Source of the DNA: a bacterium
Lineage (GTDB): Bacteria > Patescibacteriota > Patescibacteriia > Patescibacteriales > UBA12075
Length of the DNA stretch: 64,000 bases
Assembly: GCA_043820875.1 (NCBI GenBank)
Contig: JBDRDI010000021.1
Span: forward strand, 91 to 64,090
Direction: 5' to 3'
Under the pieces are notes generated by a model. That model was not told the DNA's origin. It did no database searches and was given only the letters and a program-made list of their open reading frames with translations. This document shows, one piece after another, positions 8,497-17,697 of the stretch; position 1 is the first letter of the stretch, and each line of letters starts with the position of its first letter. The position numbers were made by a program, and so were the translations under genes.

Positions 8497-10914
8497 TTAA
8501 TACTGCAATTTATCACTTTCCCGATAGTCAAAAATTGGACCAACGGCTAATATTTTTTTACCTTCTTTCTCATACACAACGGCTATGAGCTTTACGCCAT
8601 CAATTTTTTCATTCAAAAGATTTTCTTTTTTTTCGTATGTTTTTTCGCCACTCTTTTCCACAAAACGCAGTTTCAAAAACAAATTAAGATTGTTACAGTC
8701 CTCTTCGTTGATTACTTCGTTGGAAAGTTCTTTTTTGGATATTTTTATTATTTCATTTAAATATTTATTAAAATCAGTCAAAGAGATTACGGCGTCATTA
8801 GCCTCTTTGGACACACCCAGCTCTGACAAAATATCTATAAGCATGACATTTCTTGCAAGCATTTCTTTATACAGGGCGAGATTCGGTTCAATATAATTAT
8901 AATGATTGCACAAAGGTTCCTCCGCAGACAATCCCTTGGCTTCTTCTCCGCCGTAAAATTCCAACTTGTCCGCCGGCAAATGGATGTTCACCCAACTGCC
9001 CAAAAATGAGTTATAATTTTTTTCCTGTTCCCATTTCAAACTTCGGGAATAAGTTGGAGATTCATTTTGATTATACTGTAAAATTTTTCTACCCAAATCC
9101 AAAGACGCCCAATAAATGTTATCATTCCAAGTAAAATCATTGAAAACGGCTATCTTGTTTTTCAGTTCATTTATTTTCTTTCCATAATTATTATAATCAG
9201 TATTTCTAATGAAGTAATCGGCAGGGCTTTCAATCTCATATAAAATATTAACCAAATCAAGACCGGTGCCCTTGCATCTGTAAACCATCTTGTTGCCTTT
9301 GGCGTCTTTTTCCGAGCAAGATGACTCACTGCTTTGATTTTCCATCGCAGTCGACAAATCCTCTCCGGTAAGTTCATCAAAAATAAATCCGTTCGGCCAA
9401 TAAGGCTCCTGTAATATTCTCATACCAATATATGGAACGTATTTCGCATTTTCCTCATTAACGGATAAACCGATATCGCGTGGCAAGCCCCCTTCAATAT
9501 CTTTGAAATCATATTCGGCCAATTTCTTTTGGACACTGGCGATGTTCTCATCTCTCTTCGGGTTATCTGCTGCAAAAATATCTTCAATAACATAATTTTC
9601 GCCGAAAAGACCTGACATAACTTCATTGTTATGCAGATATGTTAAGTCATCTCGCAATCCGGAAAAAAATGAAATAAATTTATAGCATATCGCCCACTGA
9701 TTTTTTACTTCCTGATTTTGGGAAAAATCTTTTGACAAATAACTTGCGGCAATCAAATTGATTGTCCAATCATCTTTATCCAAAAGGCAATTCGGACATG
9801 TTTCACTTTTATAATACAATGGAAAAACAGAATTTGCCCACTTCATGGCTAAATAAAAATTATTTAATTTGGCGTTATTTTTATAATCGGCCGGCACAAG
9901 AAAAGATTTGTAATCACGCCCATAAAGCATTACAGGCGACTTGGATTCTTTTTTGGCTTCACGGATTAAATTAATCTCTGTGGCCACATCGTCAATCAAA
10001 AATGACGGAATATCAAAAACGAATTTTTCAGCCTCTTGCTTGGTAAATTTTCCTTTTTCATTAAGATTGGTATTCTCATTTATTTGACTGCTCATTGGCA
10101 TCAAAAGTTTCAGCACCACAGCCAAATAAGCCGTTTCCAGCCGCTCGGCTTCCAAAATCGGATCATTGATCATCTTTTTTTCGTTCGCTCTCAACTTATA
10201 TCTTGTTAAAGCATCGTCGTATAATTTTTTATTTATTGTCCAAACATTCTCATAAAAAGCGTTTTCTTCAATTTCCTTAAACGCTTGTTTTAAGGTATTT
10301 TGAAAATAATAAAAGAGGAAATCAGTGGTAGCGATAACCGGAAATCCTTTTTGCGATAGCAATCTGTTCATACCAAAAAAATCGTTTGCCTCGCCAATAA
10401 ATTGGTTGTCGATAACTGCAAATCCGTAGTTGTTCAAATCGTCAATATAAGGATCCAAATTAATTTTTCGAGAAGCTTCATAATAATTGGAAACGTCCGT
10501 TTTGACATTAATTGGCAGTTCAAAACTGCTGATGGTGGCGCGAAAATCATCTTTTGGTCTTTCATAAAAATTTCCAAAAGACAAATATTCAGCCTTTATC
10601 AAATCCGTGCTTGATCCAATTGCCATAACATCGCCGTTGCCATCAACCAAAATTTGGAAACCACGATATTCTGTGCTCGTAGCTTCAGGCTCAATTCCAA
10701 GGTTTTGTTGATTTTGTGTGCTATTTTCATCATTACGAGACTGGTTAATGCTATAAAAATAATAAAAAACTGAAATCACGGCAACAAATATTAAAATATA
10801 TATTAGATAAACATAAATCTTACCCGTGGAAAATTTATTCGGTCCGTGATTGAACGTATCCGGTGTCTCTGAAAATCGTTCTTGATTATTTTTTTGTTCA
10901 TTGTCTATAAACAT
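8497..10914 (-). CDS. large extracytoplasmic protein with N-terminal membrane anchor, function unknown
   Basis: 805-aa ORF. N-terminal TM (IYVYLIYILIFVAVISVFYYFY), then a long hydrophilic domain. No catalytic motif recognised. Confidence 0.6.
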   Translation of the reverse strand: MFIDNEQKNNQERFSETPDTFNHGPNKFSTGKIYVYLIYILIFVAVISVFYYFYSINQSRNDENSTQNQQNLGIEPEATSTEYRGFQILVDGNGDVMAIGSSTDLIKAEYLSFGNFYERPKDDFRATISSFELPINVKTDVSNYYEASRKINLDPYIDDLNNYGFAVIDNQFIGEANDFFGMNRLLSQKGFPVIATTDFLFYYFQNTLKQAFKEIEENAFYENVWTINKKLYDDALTRYKLRANEKKMINDPILEAERLETAYLAVVLKLLMPMSSQINENTNLNEKGKFTKQEAEKFVFDIPSFLIDDVATEINLIREAKKESKSPVMLYGRDYKSFLVPADYKNNAKLNNFYLAMKWANSVFPLYYKSETCPNCLLDKDDWTINLIAASYLSKDFSQNQEVKNQWAICYKFISFFSGLRDDLTYLHNNEVMSGLFGENYVIEDIFAADNPKRDENIASVQKKLAEYDFKDIEGGLPRDIGLSVNEENAKYVPYIGMRILQEPYWPNGFIFDELTGEDLSTAMENQSSESSCSEKDAKGNKMVYRCKGTGLDLVNILYEIESPADYFIRNTDYNNYGKKINELKNKIAVFNDFTWNDNIYWASLDLGRKILQYNQNESPTYSRSLKWEQEKNYNSFLGSWVNIHLPADKLEFYGGEEAKGLSAEEPLCNHYNYIEPNLALYKEMLARNVMLIDILSELGVSKEANDAVISLTDFNKYLNEIIKISKKELSNEVINEEDCNNLNLFLKLRFVEKSGEKTYEKKENLLNEKIDGVKLIAVVYEKEGKKILAVGPIFDYRESDKLQY

Positions 10915-11025
10915 ATATTATATTATAACATAATATTAAATTGTTAGAAACATTGACAAAATTAAATTAAAGTATTACTATGATTTTAATAATATTTATT
11001 TGTTCATTTTCAAAAGGAGCAAGAT

Positions 11026-11520
11026 GTGGAATCAACCATAAAAGTCTTCGTCGACTACGCCGAAAGCGTAAAAGGCATATTAGACAGATTAAGAGACGTA
11101 GAAAATATTTTTGTAAAAATAAATGTCGCCTGTTGTCTTTTACACGACAACATATTTCATGTTCCTGAAATAATTGGAAGCATGGAAATAGACATACATT
11201 TAAAAAAGATTCTTTATGAAGGTTCTTTCAGGGATGCTCAGGCAGAACTTGAAAAAATAAATTCTCAGGCGCCTCTTCTTTGGGAATTTTTAAACCTTGG
11301 AACAAAAATAGATTGGCAGTACTCTGTTGTGTCACTGCGTCCAATAAGAACGCGCACGCACGGCGATCTACTGTTGTGCTTTCATCTTGAAGAGGGCCGC
11401 CACACATTAAGTTTTTTGCCAATGAATCGTAAACAAAAAAATAATCTGTTCGCTACGGTAAAAAAAATAACGAAAGGCGGACTGTGCAGAAATCTTTCTT
11501 ATCGCCCTCCTGCGATATGA
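11026..11520 (+). CDS. hypothetical protein
   Basis: GTG start 5 nt after AAGGAG (11015-11020). 164 aa, no recognised motif. Confidence 0.4.
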   Translation: MESTIKVFVDYAESVKGILDRLRDVENIFVKINVACCLLHDNIFHVPEIIGSMEIDIHLKKILYEGSFRDAQAELEKINSQAPLLWEFLNLGTKIDWQYSVVSLRPIRTRTHGDLLLCFHLEEGRHTLSFLPMNRKQKNNLFATVKKITKGGLCRNLSYRPPAI

Positions 11521-11581
11521 AAAGAATGTTGCCAAAACCCGATCTCATCAGAGGTCGGGTTTTTCTATACCAATTAATATT

Positions 11582-13492
11582 TTACACCAACGCGCTCGTG
11601 TCTCCCGGGTCCAAACCAAGTTCTTGCGCTTTTAAAACTCGGCGCATAATTTTGCCACTTCTGGTTTTTGGTAATTTATCAACAAACGCGATATCTTTAA
11701 TAACCGCTACAGGACCGATATTTTTTCTGGCCTCTTTCCTCAACTCCAACTTTAACTCTTCGCTTGGCTCGTAGCCTTGTTTTAAAATTACAAATACTTT
11801 AATCACTTCGCCTTTTTCTTTGTCCGGAACTCCAATCACGGCCGCTTCGGCCACAGACTTGTGCGAAACAAAAGCACTTTCCACTTCAGCCGTGCCGATC
11901 CTGTGTCCGGCTATTTTTAAAACATCATCAGTTCGTCCTTGAATCCAAAAATATCCATCTTTATCCTTGAAGGCGACGTCACCGGAGAAATAAGATCCTT
12001 TTACTTGGCTCCAATACGTTTTTACGTAGCGATCCGGATTATTAAAAATGGTTCTGATCATGCTCGGCCATTGATTTTTAATTATCAAATATCCGCCTTT
12101 GCCTGTCGGCACTTTTTTTCCTTTTTTATCCACCACGTCGGCAATAATTCCCGGAAACGGTTTGCCTGCGCTACCCGCCTTGAGCGGAGCGCAAGGAAGA
12201 GGCGTAATCATATTCATTCCGGTTTCTGTTTGCCACCAAGTATCCATAATTGGGCATCTATTTTTTCCGATATAACGATAATACCACCGCCATGCTTCCG
12301 GATTAATCGGCTCGCCTACAGAACCAAGGATTGAAAGAGAGGACATTTTGTGAGCAGCAGGCCACTTGGAACCATATTTCATCATTGATCTGATTAAAGT
12401 CGGCGCGGTATAAAAAATATTCACCTTATATTTCTCAATTATTTTCCAGAGACGATCCGGCTTTGGCATGTCCGGCACGCCTTCATACATCAAGGTAGTG
12501 ATACCGGCAAGTAACGGACCATAAACGATATAACTATGCCCTGTAATCCAACCCGGATCGGCCGTACACCAAAATATCTCATCTCCGTGAATATCAAAAA
12601 CATATTTTAAAGTTTTTAAAACTCCCACTGGATATCCACCATGCACATGAATAACTCCTTTTGGTTTTGATGTTGTGCCTGATGTGTAGAGAACGAAAGC
12701 CGGATCTTCCGCAGACATAACAGCGCATTTGGCTTCTTCAGATTCATTTTTTATAAAATCATCGTACCAAACATCGCGCGGAGATTTAAAATTCACTTTC
12801 TTATTGTTATTTTTTATCACCACGACTTTTTTAATCGTCTTGCATTCCTTTAATGCGCCATCAGCCAAGTCTTTTAAATTTATTATTTTACCGCGCCTAA
12901 AACTCCCGTCAGCCGTAAAAAGCACTTTGGCTCGCGCATCGTTGATTCTATCCGCCAGCGCTTTGGAAGAATAGCCGGCGTAAACGACAGAATGCATAGC
13001 GCCAATTTTCACGCAAGCAAGCATGGCGAAAGCGGTTTCCGGAATATTGGGCATGTAAATTGCCACTCTATCCCCTTTTTTAACGCCGATTTTGCGTAAA
13101 GCATTGACCAATTTATTAACTTCCTTATAAGCCTGCAAATAAGTAAATTTTCTCGCTCGACCGGTTTCATCTTCAGCAAGAATTGCTATTTTATTTTTAT
13201 TGCCATTCTTCATGTGCCTATCCAGGGCATTATAAGCCAAATTACATTTTCCCCCGACAAACCATTTATAAAAAGGCTTTTTTGTCGCATCAAAAACTTT
13301 ATCCCAAGGCTTAAACCAATGCAAATCCAATGCCGCGTCCTCCCAAAATTTTACTGGACTTTTGCCGGCATCTTTTAAAACTTTTTCATAATTTTTCACA
13401 TTGGCACTGTCAATAATTTTTTTTGACGGCTTATATTTTTTCTGCGCTGTTGAGAGTACATCTGTAAGCTCTCTCTCTGTTTTTTTAGACAT
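11582..13492 (-). CDS. acs: acetyl-CoA synthetase (AMP-forming acetate-CoA ligase)
   Basis: FWEDAALDLHWFKPWDKVFD N-terminus. YTSGTTSKPKGV AMP-binding motif. Typical 636-aa length. Confidence 0.9.
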   Translation of the reverse strand: MSKKTERELTDVLSTAQKKYKPSKKIIDSANVKNYEKVLKDAGKSPVKFWEDAALDLHWFKPWDKVFDATKKPFYKWFVGGKCNLAYNALDRHMKNGNKNKIAILAEDETGRARKFTYLQAYKEVNKLVNALRKIGVKKGDRVAIYMPNIPETAFAMLACVKIGAMHSVVYAGYSSKALADRINDARAKVLFTADGSFRRGKIINLKDLADGALKECKTIKKVVVIKNNNKKVNFKSPRDVWYDDFIKNESEEAKCAVMSAEDPAFVLYTSGTTSKPKGVIHVHGGYPVGVLKTLKYVFDIHGDEIFWCTADPGWITGHSYIVYGPLLAGITTLMYEGVPDMPKPDRLWKIIEKYKVNIFYTAPTLIRSMMKYGSKWPAAHKMSSLSILGSVGEPINPEAWRWYYRYIGKNRCPIMDTWWQTETGMNMITPLPCAPLKAGSAGKPFPGIIADVVDKKGKKVPTGKGGYLIIKNQWPSMIRTIFNNPDRYVKTYWSQVKGSYFSGDVAFKDKDGYFWIQGRTDDVLKIAGHRIGTAEVESAFVSHKSVAEAAVIGVPDKEKGEVIKVFVILKQGYEPSEELKLELRKEARKNIGPVAVIKDIAFVDKLPKTRSGKIMRRVLKAQELGLDPGDTSALV

Positions 13493-13598
13493 AAATGATT
13501 TTAATTAATAACAAAACAAATGGCAAACGCTTCACACGTTACCAATTAATTAGCTTATTTTATTATAGCATATTTAAACTTTTTTAAAAAACAAAAAT

Positions 13599-15788
13599 CT
13601 ATTTTTTTAATTTTGTCTTTCTGGTACTTTTGGGGTGAGGCAAAATAACTAAATGCGAATAAGGTTTTATTTTTTTGCCAATCATATTCTTATCCAAAAT
13701 AACTTTCGCGTCCAACACCACGCCACCGTTTTCATCAACAGCAAAAGGGTTGATGTCCAACTCGGCGATTTCCGGAAAATCAGAAATTAAATAAGCGAAT
13801 TTATAAAGTAGAAACTGAATAGACTGAATATCAACTCCTGGCATGTTGCGATATCCTTTCAAAAGCCGATAAACTTTTGTGCCTTGAATCATGCGCAAAG
13901 CCAAAGACATATTCAGAGGCGGCAAACCCATTTCAATATCATTAAAGACTTCCACGGCCACGCCTCCCAGACCAAAAACAATTACTGGACCAAAAAGAGG
14001 ATCTTTGCGGCAACCGATAATCAATTCGTATTTTTTACTAATCATTTTTTCAATCGCCACGCCCTCTATTTTCGCTTCAGGGCAATTTTTTTTCGCTGCA
14101 GACATTATTTTTTTCCACGCATCTCCTGCTTCACGATTGGAATTTATATTCAATTCCACGCCACCAATGTTTGTTTTATGGACAATATCCGCGGAAGCTA
14201 TTTTCATCACCACCGGATAACCGATTTTTTCCGACACTTTTCCAGACTCTTTTTTAGATTTGGCAATCAAACTTTTCACAATCGGAATGTCGTAATTTTT
14301 TAAAAATTGTTTTGTTTCAGACTCGGTTAAAACCTCGCGTCCGGACAAAAAAACTTTTGCAACGATTTCTTTATTTTCTTTTGTTTTTGGATTTATGGCG
14401 TGTGGAACGGTTCCGGGCATTTCGTTCAGCATGCTCAAATTACGCGCGTAATTGTTAATGCTTACAAAACAACTAATGGCATCTTCCGGCGCTCTATATA
14501 TTGGTATATTTCCGGCTTCAAGAATTTTTCTCCCCTTTTCAACATTATTGCCACCCATCCACGCTGCCAATATTGTTTTATTGCTCTTATTTTTTATCTT
14601 CAATATTTCTTTCGCGACGACTATGGGGTCAGTCATGGCCTGCGGAGTAAGAATCACCAATACTGCGTCCGTATTTTTATCATCAAGGCAAATTTCCATT
14701 GCCTGTCGGTATCTCTTTGAATCAGCATCTCCCAAGATGTCAATCGGATTACCACGACTCCAAGCATGCGGTAAAAATTTATCCAATTTTAAAATTGTTT
14801 CTTTGGCTAACTTGGCCGAGTGTCCGCCTCCGCGCACCAAAGCGTCCACCGCGATAATTCCCGGTCCGCCCGCGTTTGTTACAATTCCCAAATTCGCGCC
14901 CGCAGGACGCGGCTGCATAGCCAATGTTTTTGCCACATGAAAAAGATTAACGATGGTGTCCACTCTGATTATTCCAGCCCTCTTAAAAGCGGCATTATAA
15001 ACTTTGTCGTTTCCGGTCAAACTTCCAGTATGTGATTTGGCAGCTGCTGCTCCGGCGGCGCTACGGCCGGATTTCAAAACGATAATCGGTTTGGAGTTGG
15101 AAAACGCGCGCGCGGCGCTCATAAATTTACGCACGTCGGAAATTGATTCCATATAAATCAAAATACTAGAGACGTTTGGATCTTTTCCAAAATAATCAAT
15201 CAAGTCATGGAAGCCGATGTCGGCCATCTCGCCAATGGAAACAAAATAACTGAATCCCACATTGTTTTTCTCGCCCCAATCTAAAATCGCGGTGCAAAGC
15301 GCGCCACTTTGAGAAATAAGCGCGACATGGCCTTTCTTCGCGGTTTGTTTGGCAAAACTCGCGTTCAAATTCAAAGACGGGTTGATAAAACCCAAACAAT
15401 TCGGTCCCAAAACTCTCATACTATACTTTTTGGCGATTTTAACTATCTTCTTACTTAAAATTTCGCCAGTCTTTCCTATTTCGGAAAAACCGGCAGAAAT
15501 TATAATCAAAGAAGAGACTCCTGCTTTTCCACATTCCAAAACAACTTGCGGGACTGATTCGGCCGGAATAGCGATAATAACCAAATCAATTTTTTCCGGC
15601 ACATCAGCAATCGTCGCGTAACATTTTATACTAAAAACTTCTTTTCTTTTGTCGCTCACCGGATAAACAATCCCGTTATAATCACTACCGGTCAAATTTT
15701 TCATCAAAGCCGCACCAATGTTCCCCTTCTTGTCACTCGCGCCGATTATGGCAATTGTTTTTGGCTTGAATAGTTTATCTAAATTCAT
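13599..15788 (-). CDS. acetyl-CoA synthetase (ADP-forming), fused alpha/beta subunits (NDP-forming acyl-CoA synthetase)
   Basis: N-terminal CoA-binding domain (KTIAIIGASDKKGNIGAALMKNL...LGPNCLGFINP). Succinyl-CoA-synthetase-like middle region and C-terminal ATP-grasp. 729 aa. Confidence 0.85.
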   Translation of the reverse strand: MNLDKLFKPKTIAIIGASDKKGNIGAALMKNLTGSDYNGIVYPVSDKRKEVFSIKCYATIADVPEKIDLVIIAIPAESVPQVVLECGKAGVSSLIIISAGFSEIGKTGEILSKKIVKIAKKYSMRVLGPNCLGFINPSLNLNASFAKQTAKKGHVALISQSGALCTAILDWGEKNNVGFSYFVSIGEMADIGFHDLIDYFGKDPNVSSILIYMESISDVRKFMSAARAFSNSKPIIVLKSGRSAAGAAAAKSHTGSLTGNDKVYNAAFKRAGIIRVDTIVNLFHVAKTLAMQPRPAGANLGIVTNAGGPGIIAVDALVRGGGHSAKLAKETILKLDKFLPHAWSRGNPIDILGDADSKRYRQAMEICLDDKNTDAVLVILTPQAMTDPIVVAKEILKIKNKSNKTILAAWMGGNNVEKGRKILEAGNIPIYRAPEDAISCFVSINNYARNLSMLNEMPGTVPHAINPKTKENKEIVAKVFLSGREVLTESETKQFLKNYDIPIVKSLIAKSKKESGKVSEKIGYPVVMKIASADIVHKTNIGGVELNINSNREAGDAWKKIMSAAKKNCPEAKIEGVAIEKMISKKYELIIGCRKDPLFGPVIVFGLGGVAVEVFNDIEMGLPPLNMSLALRMIQGTKVYRLLKGYRNMPGVDIQSIQFLLYKFAYLISDFPEIAELDINPFAVDENGGVVLDAKVILDKNMIGKKIKPYSHLVILPHPKSTRKTKLKK

Positions 15789-15902
15789 ATTTTAGTCATT
15801 AATCTGCCAGAAATAAATTTATTTAAAATATTTGAGTTATTTTATATTAAAAGTATAACAATGTTTATAGCGCTTGTCTATTTTTTTATTTCTGCAAGTC
15901 GC

Positions 15903-16802
15903 TTATTTCTGACACAATTTTAACACATCTTCCCTTAATTTATATCCCTCGCAATGTTTTAAAATCCCGCAATATGATTGCAGCGACTGATCAAAAGATT
16001 TTTTTGTCATCATTCCCTGTTTTAATTTTTCTTTATTTAATTTTATTTTCTTAAACATTCTTCTTTTGGTTTTTGTCCGTAAAACTGTATAATGCGGCAA
16101 AACGACATAGCCCAAGAAATCAATACCATGCCGGAATTTTCTGATTTCTTGTTTTTCAGGATGGAGCTGTAATGCCAATTTATATTCTAAAAATTTATTA
16201 ATTGATTTAACTAAATTTTTTAAATAGTTTTGATTATTGTTTACGATAACGAAATCATCCGTATAACGGAGATAATATTTTACTTTTAATTTTCTTTTGA
16301 TAAATTGGTCAAATTCGTTTAAATAAATGTTGGCAAACAGTTGGCTGGTGACATTGCCGAGCGGCAAACCCTTATTTTGATTTGCTTGGAAACTATCTAT
16401 AATTTTATCAATTATCCAAACGTCTTCTTGATCTAATTTTCTTTTTATCAGCGTCCGAAAAATGCCGTGATCAATGTTGTCAAAAAATTTTTTAATGTCG
16501 CACTTAAGGCAGTAAATATTTTCTTGGTAATTTTTACTTTCGCGCTTGCAAAAACGGCTTAATCTTTTTACCGCGCGGTGCGTCCCTTTTTTGTTCCGGC
16601 ACGAAAACGAATCGAAAATAAAATGTTTATCAAAAATATGATATAATACCCGATAGACAGCCTGATGGACTACGCGGTCGCGGATTGGCGCTTTATGGAT
16701 ATGCCTTAATTTCGGATCGCTCACATAAAAAGATTGATATGATAAAGGATGATAAATTTTATTTTTAAGCTCATTATGAATTTGAAATAAATTATCTTCC
16801 AA
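15903..16802 (-). CDS. DGR-type reverse transcriptase
   Basis: YTDDFVIV (YxDD) active site. LPLGNVTSQLFANIYL matches the DGR hallmark [IL]GxxxSQ (group II introns have QGxxxSP). Only 299 aa, with no maturase or endonuclease domain. TTG start. Confidence 0.85.
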   Translation of the reverse strand: MEDNLFQIHNELKNKIYHPLSYQSFYVSDPKLRHIHKAPIRDRVVHQAVYRVLYHIFDKHFIFDSFSCRNKKGTHRAVKRLSRFCKRESKNYQENIYCLKCDIKKFFDNIDHGIFRTLIKRKLDQEDVWIIDKIIDSFQANQNKGLPLGNVTSQLFANIYLNEFDQFIKRKLKVKYYLRYTDDFVIVNNNQNYLKNLVKSINKFLEYKLALQLHPEKQEIRKFRHGIDFLGYVVLPHYTVLRTKTKRRMFKKIKLNKEKLKQGMMTKKSFDQSLQSYCGILKHCEGYKLREDVLKLCQK

Positions 16803-16923
16803 ATAAAAAGAGAAATGTTGTACTTCCGCCTTTCTTGATTTACCACGCTTGAATTCGCGCCAAGCGGAAAATAAATTTTCTAAACTAATTATATTATTAA
16901 AAACATTATGACAATTAACATTA

Positions 16924-16933
16924 CCCCCCCCCC
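16924..16933. repeat. homopolymeric C10 tract in the divergent RT/avd promoter region
   Basis: ttaccccccccccaacg. A poly-C run is unusual in this AT-rich genome. It lies 12 nt upstream of the avd-like start. Confidence 0.7.
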
Positions 16934-16945
16934 AACGAGATTTCT

Positions 16946-17287
16946 TTGCCTATCGTGCATAAATTTGAAAACTTTTTTAAAAATTTATATTCTCTCGGCC
17001 GCACTTTGCCCAAAAACGACAAACTCGGAATTTATAACAGATTAGAACTAACGGCCTTAAATGTTTATGAATTATTGATAAGCGCCGCGTTTGCGCCAAA
17101 ACAAAGTAAATCAGTATTGCTGCAAAACATCAGAATAAAAGTTGAAATAACCAAAAGAATAATCAGACTGATGAGTGATTTAAAAATTATCAACAACAGA
17201 CAATATTATAATCTGCAAAACGATTTGCAGGAAATTTCCAAAATGGCTAATGGCTGGCAAAAATATCTTTCAATAAAAAAACCCTGA
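16946..17287 (+). CDS. Avd-like accessory protein (four-helix-bundle / 23S rRNA IVS protein family)
   Basis: 113 aa. The ...LELTALNVYELLISAAFAPKQSKSVLLQNIRIKVEITKRIIRLM...YNLQNDLQEISKMANGWQKYL pattern resembles the bAvd/IVS family (C-terminal ...L..EISKMLNGLI). TTG start, or GTG at 16955. It is on the strand opposite to RT, TR and VR. Confidence 0.6.
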   Translation: MPIVHKFENFFKNLYSLGRTLPKNDKLGIYNRLELTALNVYELLISAAFAPKQSKSVLLQNIRIKVEITKRIIRLMSDLKIINNRQYYNLQNDLQEISKMANGWQKYLSIKKP

Positions 17288-17308
17288 AAACAGAGCTTTT
17301 TTATTTTT

Positions 17309-17435
17309 GGAAACTTCTGGACGAGAGCACAAAATCCCATTCGCATTCAACGGATTGTACCAATTGGAGTTGAACTTGCCGTTCTCAACGTTGAAGTTGG
17401 CGTTCGGCACGTTGCCATCCGAGTAGCGCGAACCT
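17309..17435 (-). repeat. DGR template repeat (TR), sense on the minus strand
   Basis: 127 nt, homologous to 17704..17830. In the VR reading frame it reads GSRYSDGNVPNANFNVENGKFNSNWYNPLNANGILCSRPEVS, with 10 AAC/AAT codons. Confidence 0.85.
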
Positions 17436-17589
17436 CTTATTGACTGTCTTCCTCTTTATAAACCAAAAAACTTAAAAAAGATTTTTGGTCTCCCGCGCTT
17501 CAAGCGGGACGATGTTCGTGGGCTTTCCCAACCAAAGACAGACAAGCAGTTTCCTGAAAATGGCAAATCGTTATCCCTCCCTTCGCAAA

Positions 17590-17632
17590 AGGTGGAACCG
17601 ATTTTAGAACCTATATTTATTATAACAAAAAT
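17590..17632 (-). promoter_or_regulatory. putative extended -10 promoter (TGtTATAAT) driving TR transcription
   Basis: The minus strand reads ggatatttttgTTATAATaaatatagg immediately after the VR-downstream hairpin. Confidence 0.35.
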
Positions 17633-17663
17633 ATCCCTGCTTGCAAACTACGCAAGCAGGGAT
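17633..17663 (-). terminator. perfect 12-bp stem-loop 40 nt 3' of the VR (DGR-associated hairpin, also the target-gene terminator)
   Basis: atccctgcttgc-aaactac-gcaagcagggat, followed on the minus strand by ATTTTTGTT. Confidence 0.7.
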
Positions 17664-17697
17664 AAAATTAAAGGGAACAAGGGATAAGGAACAAGGG

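Noticed and set aside
15903-16802. Group II intron or retron interpretation of the RT
   Set aside because: There is no maturase (X) or endonuclease domain. The motif is [IL]GxxxSQ, not QGxxxSP. A TR/VR pair with adenine-specific mismatches lies next to it, so this is a DGR.
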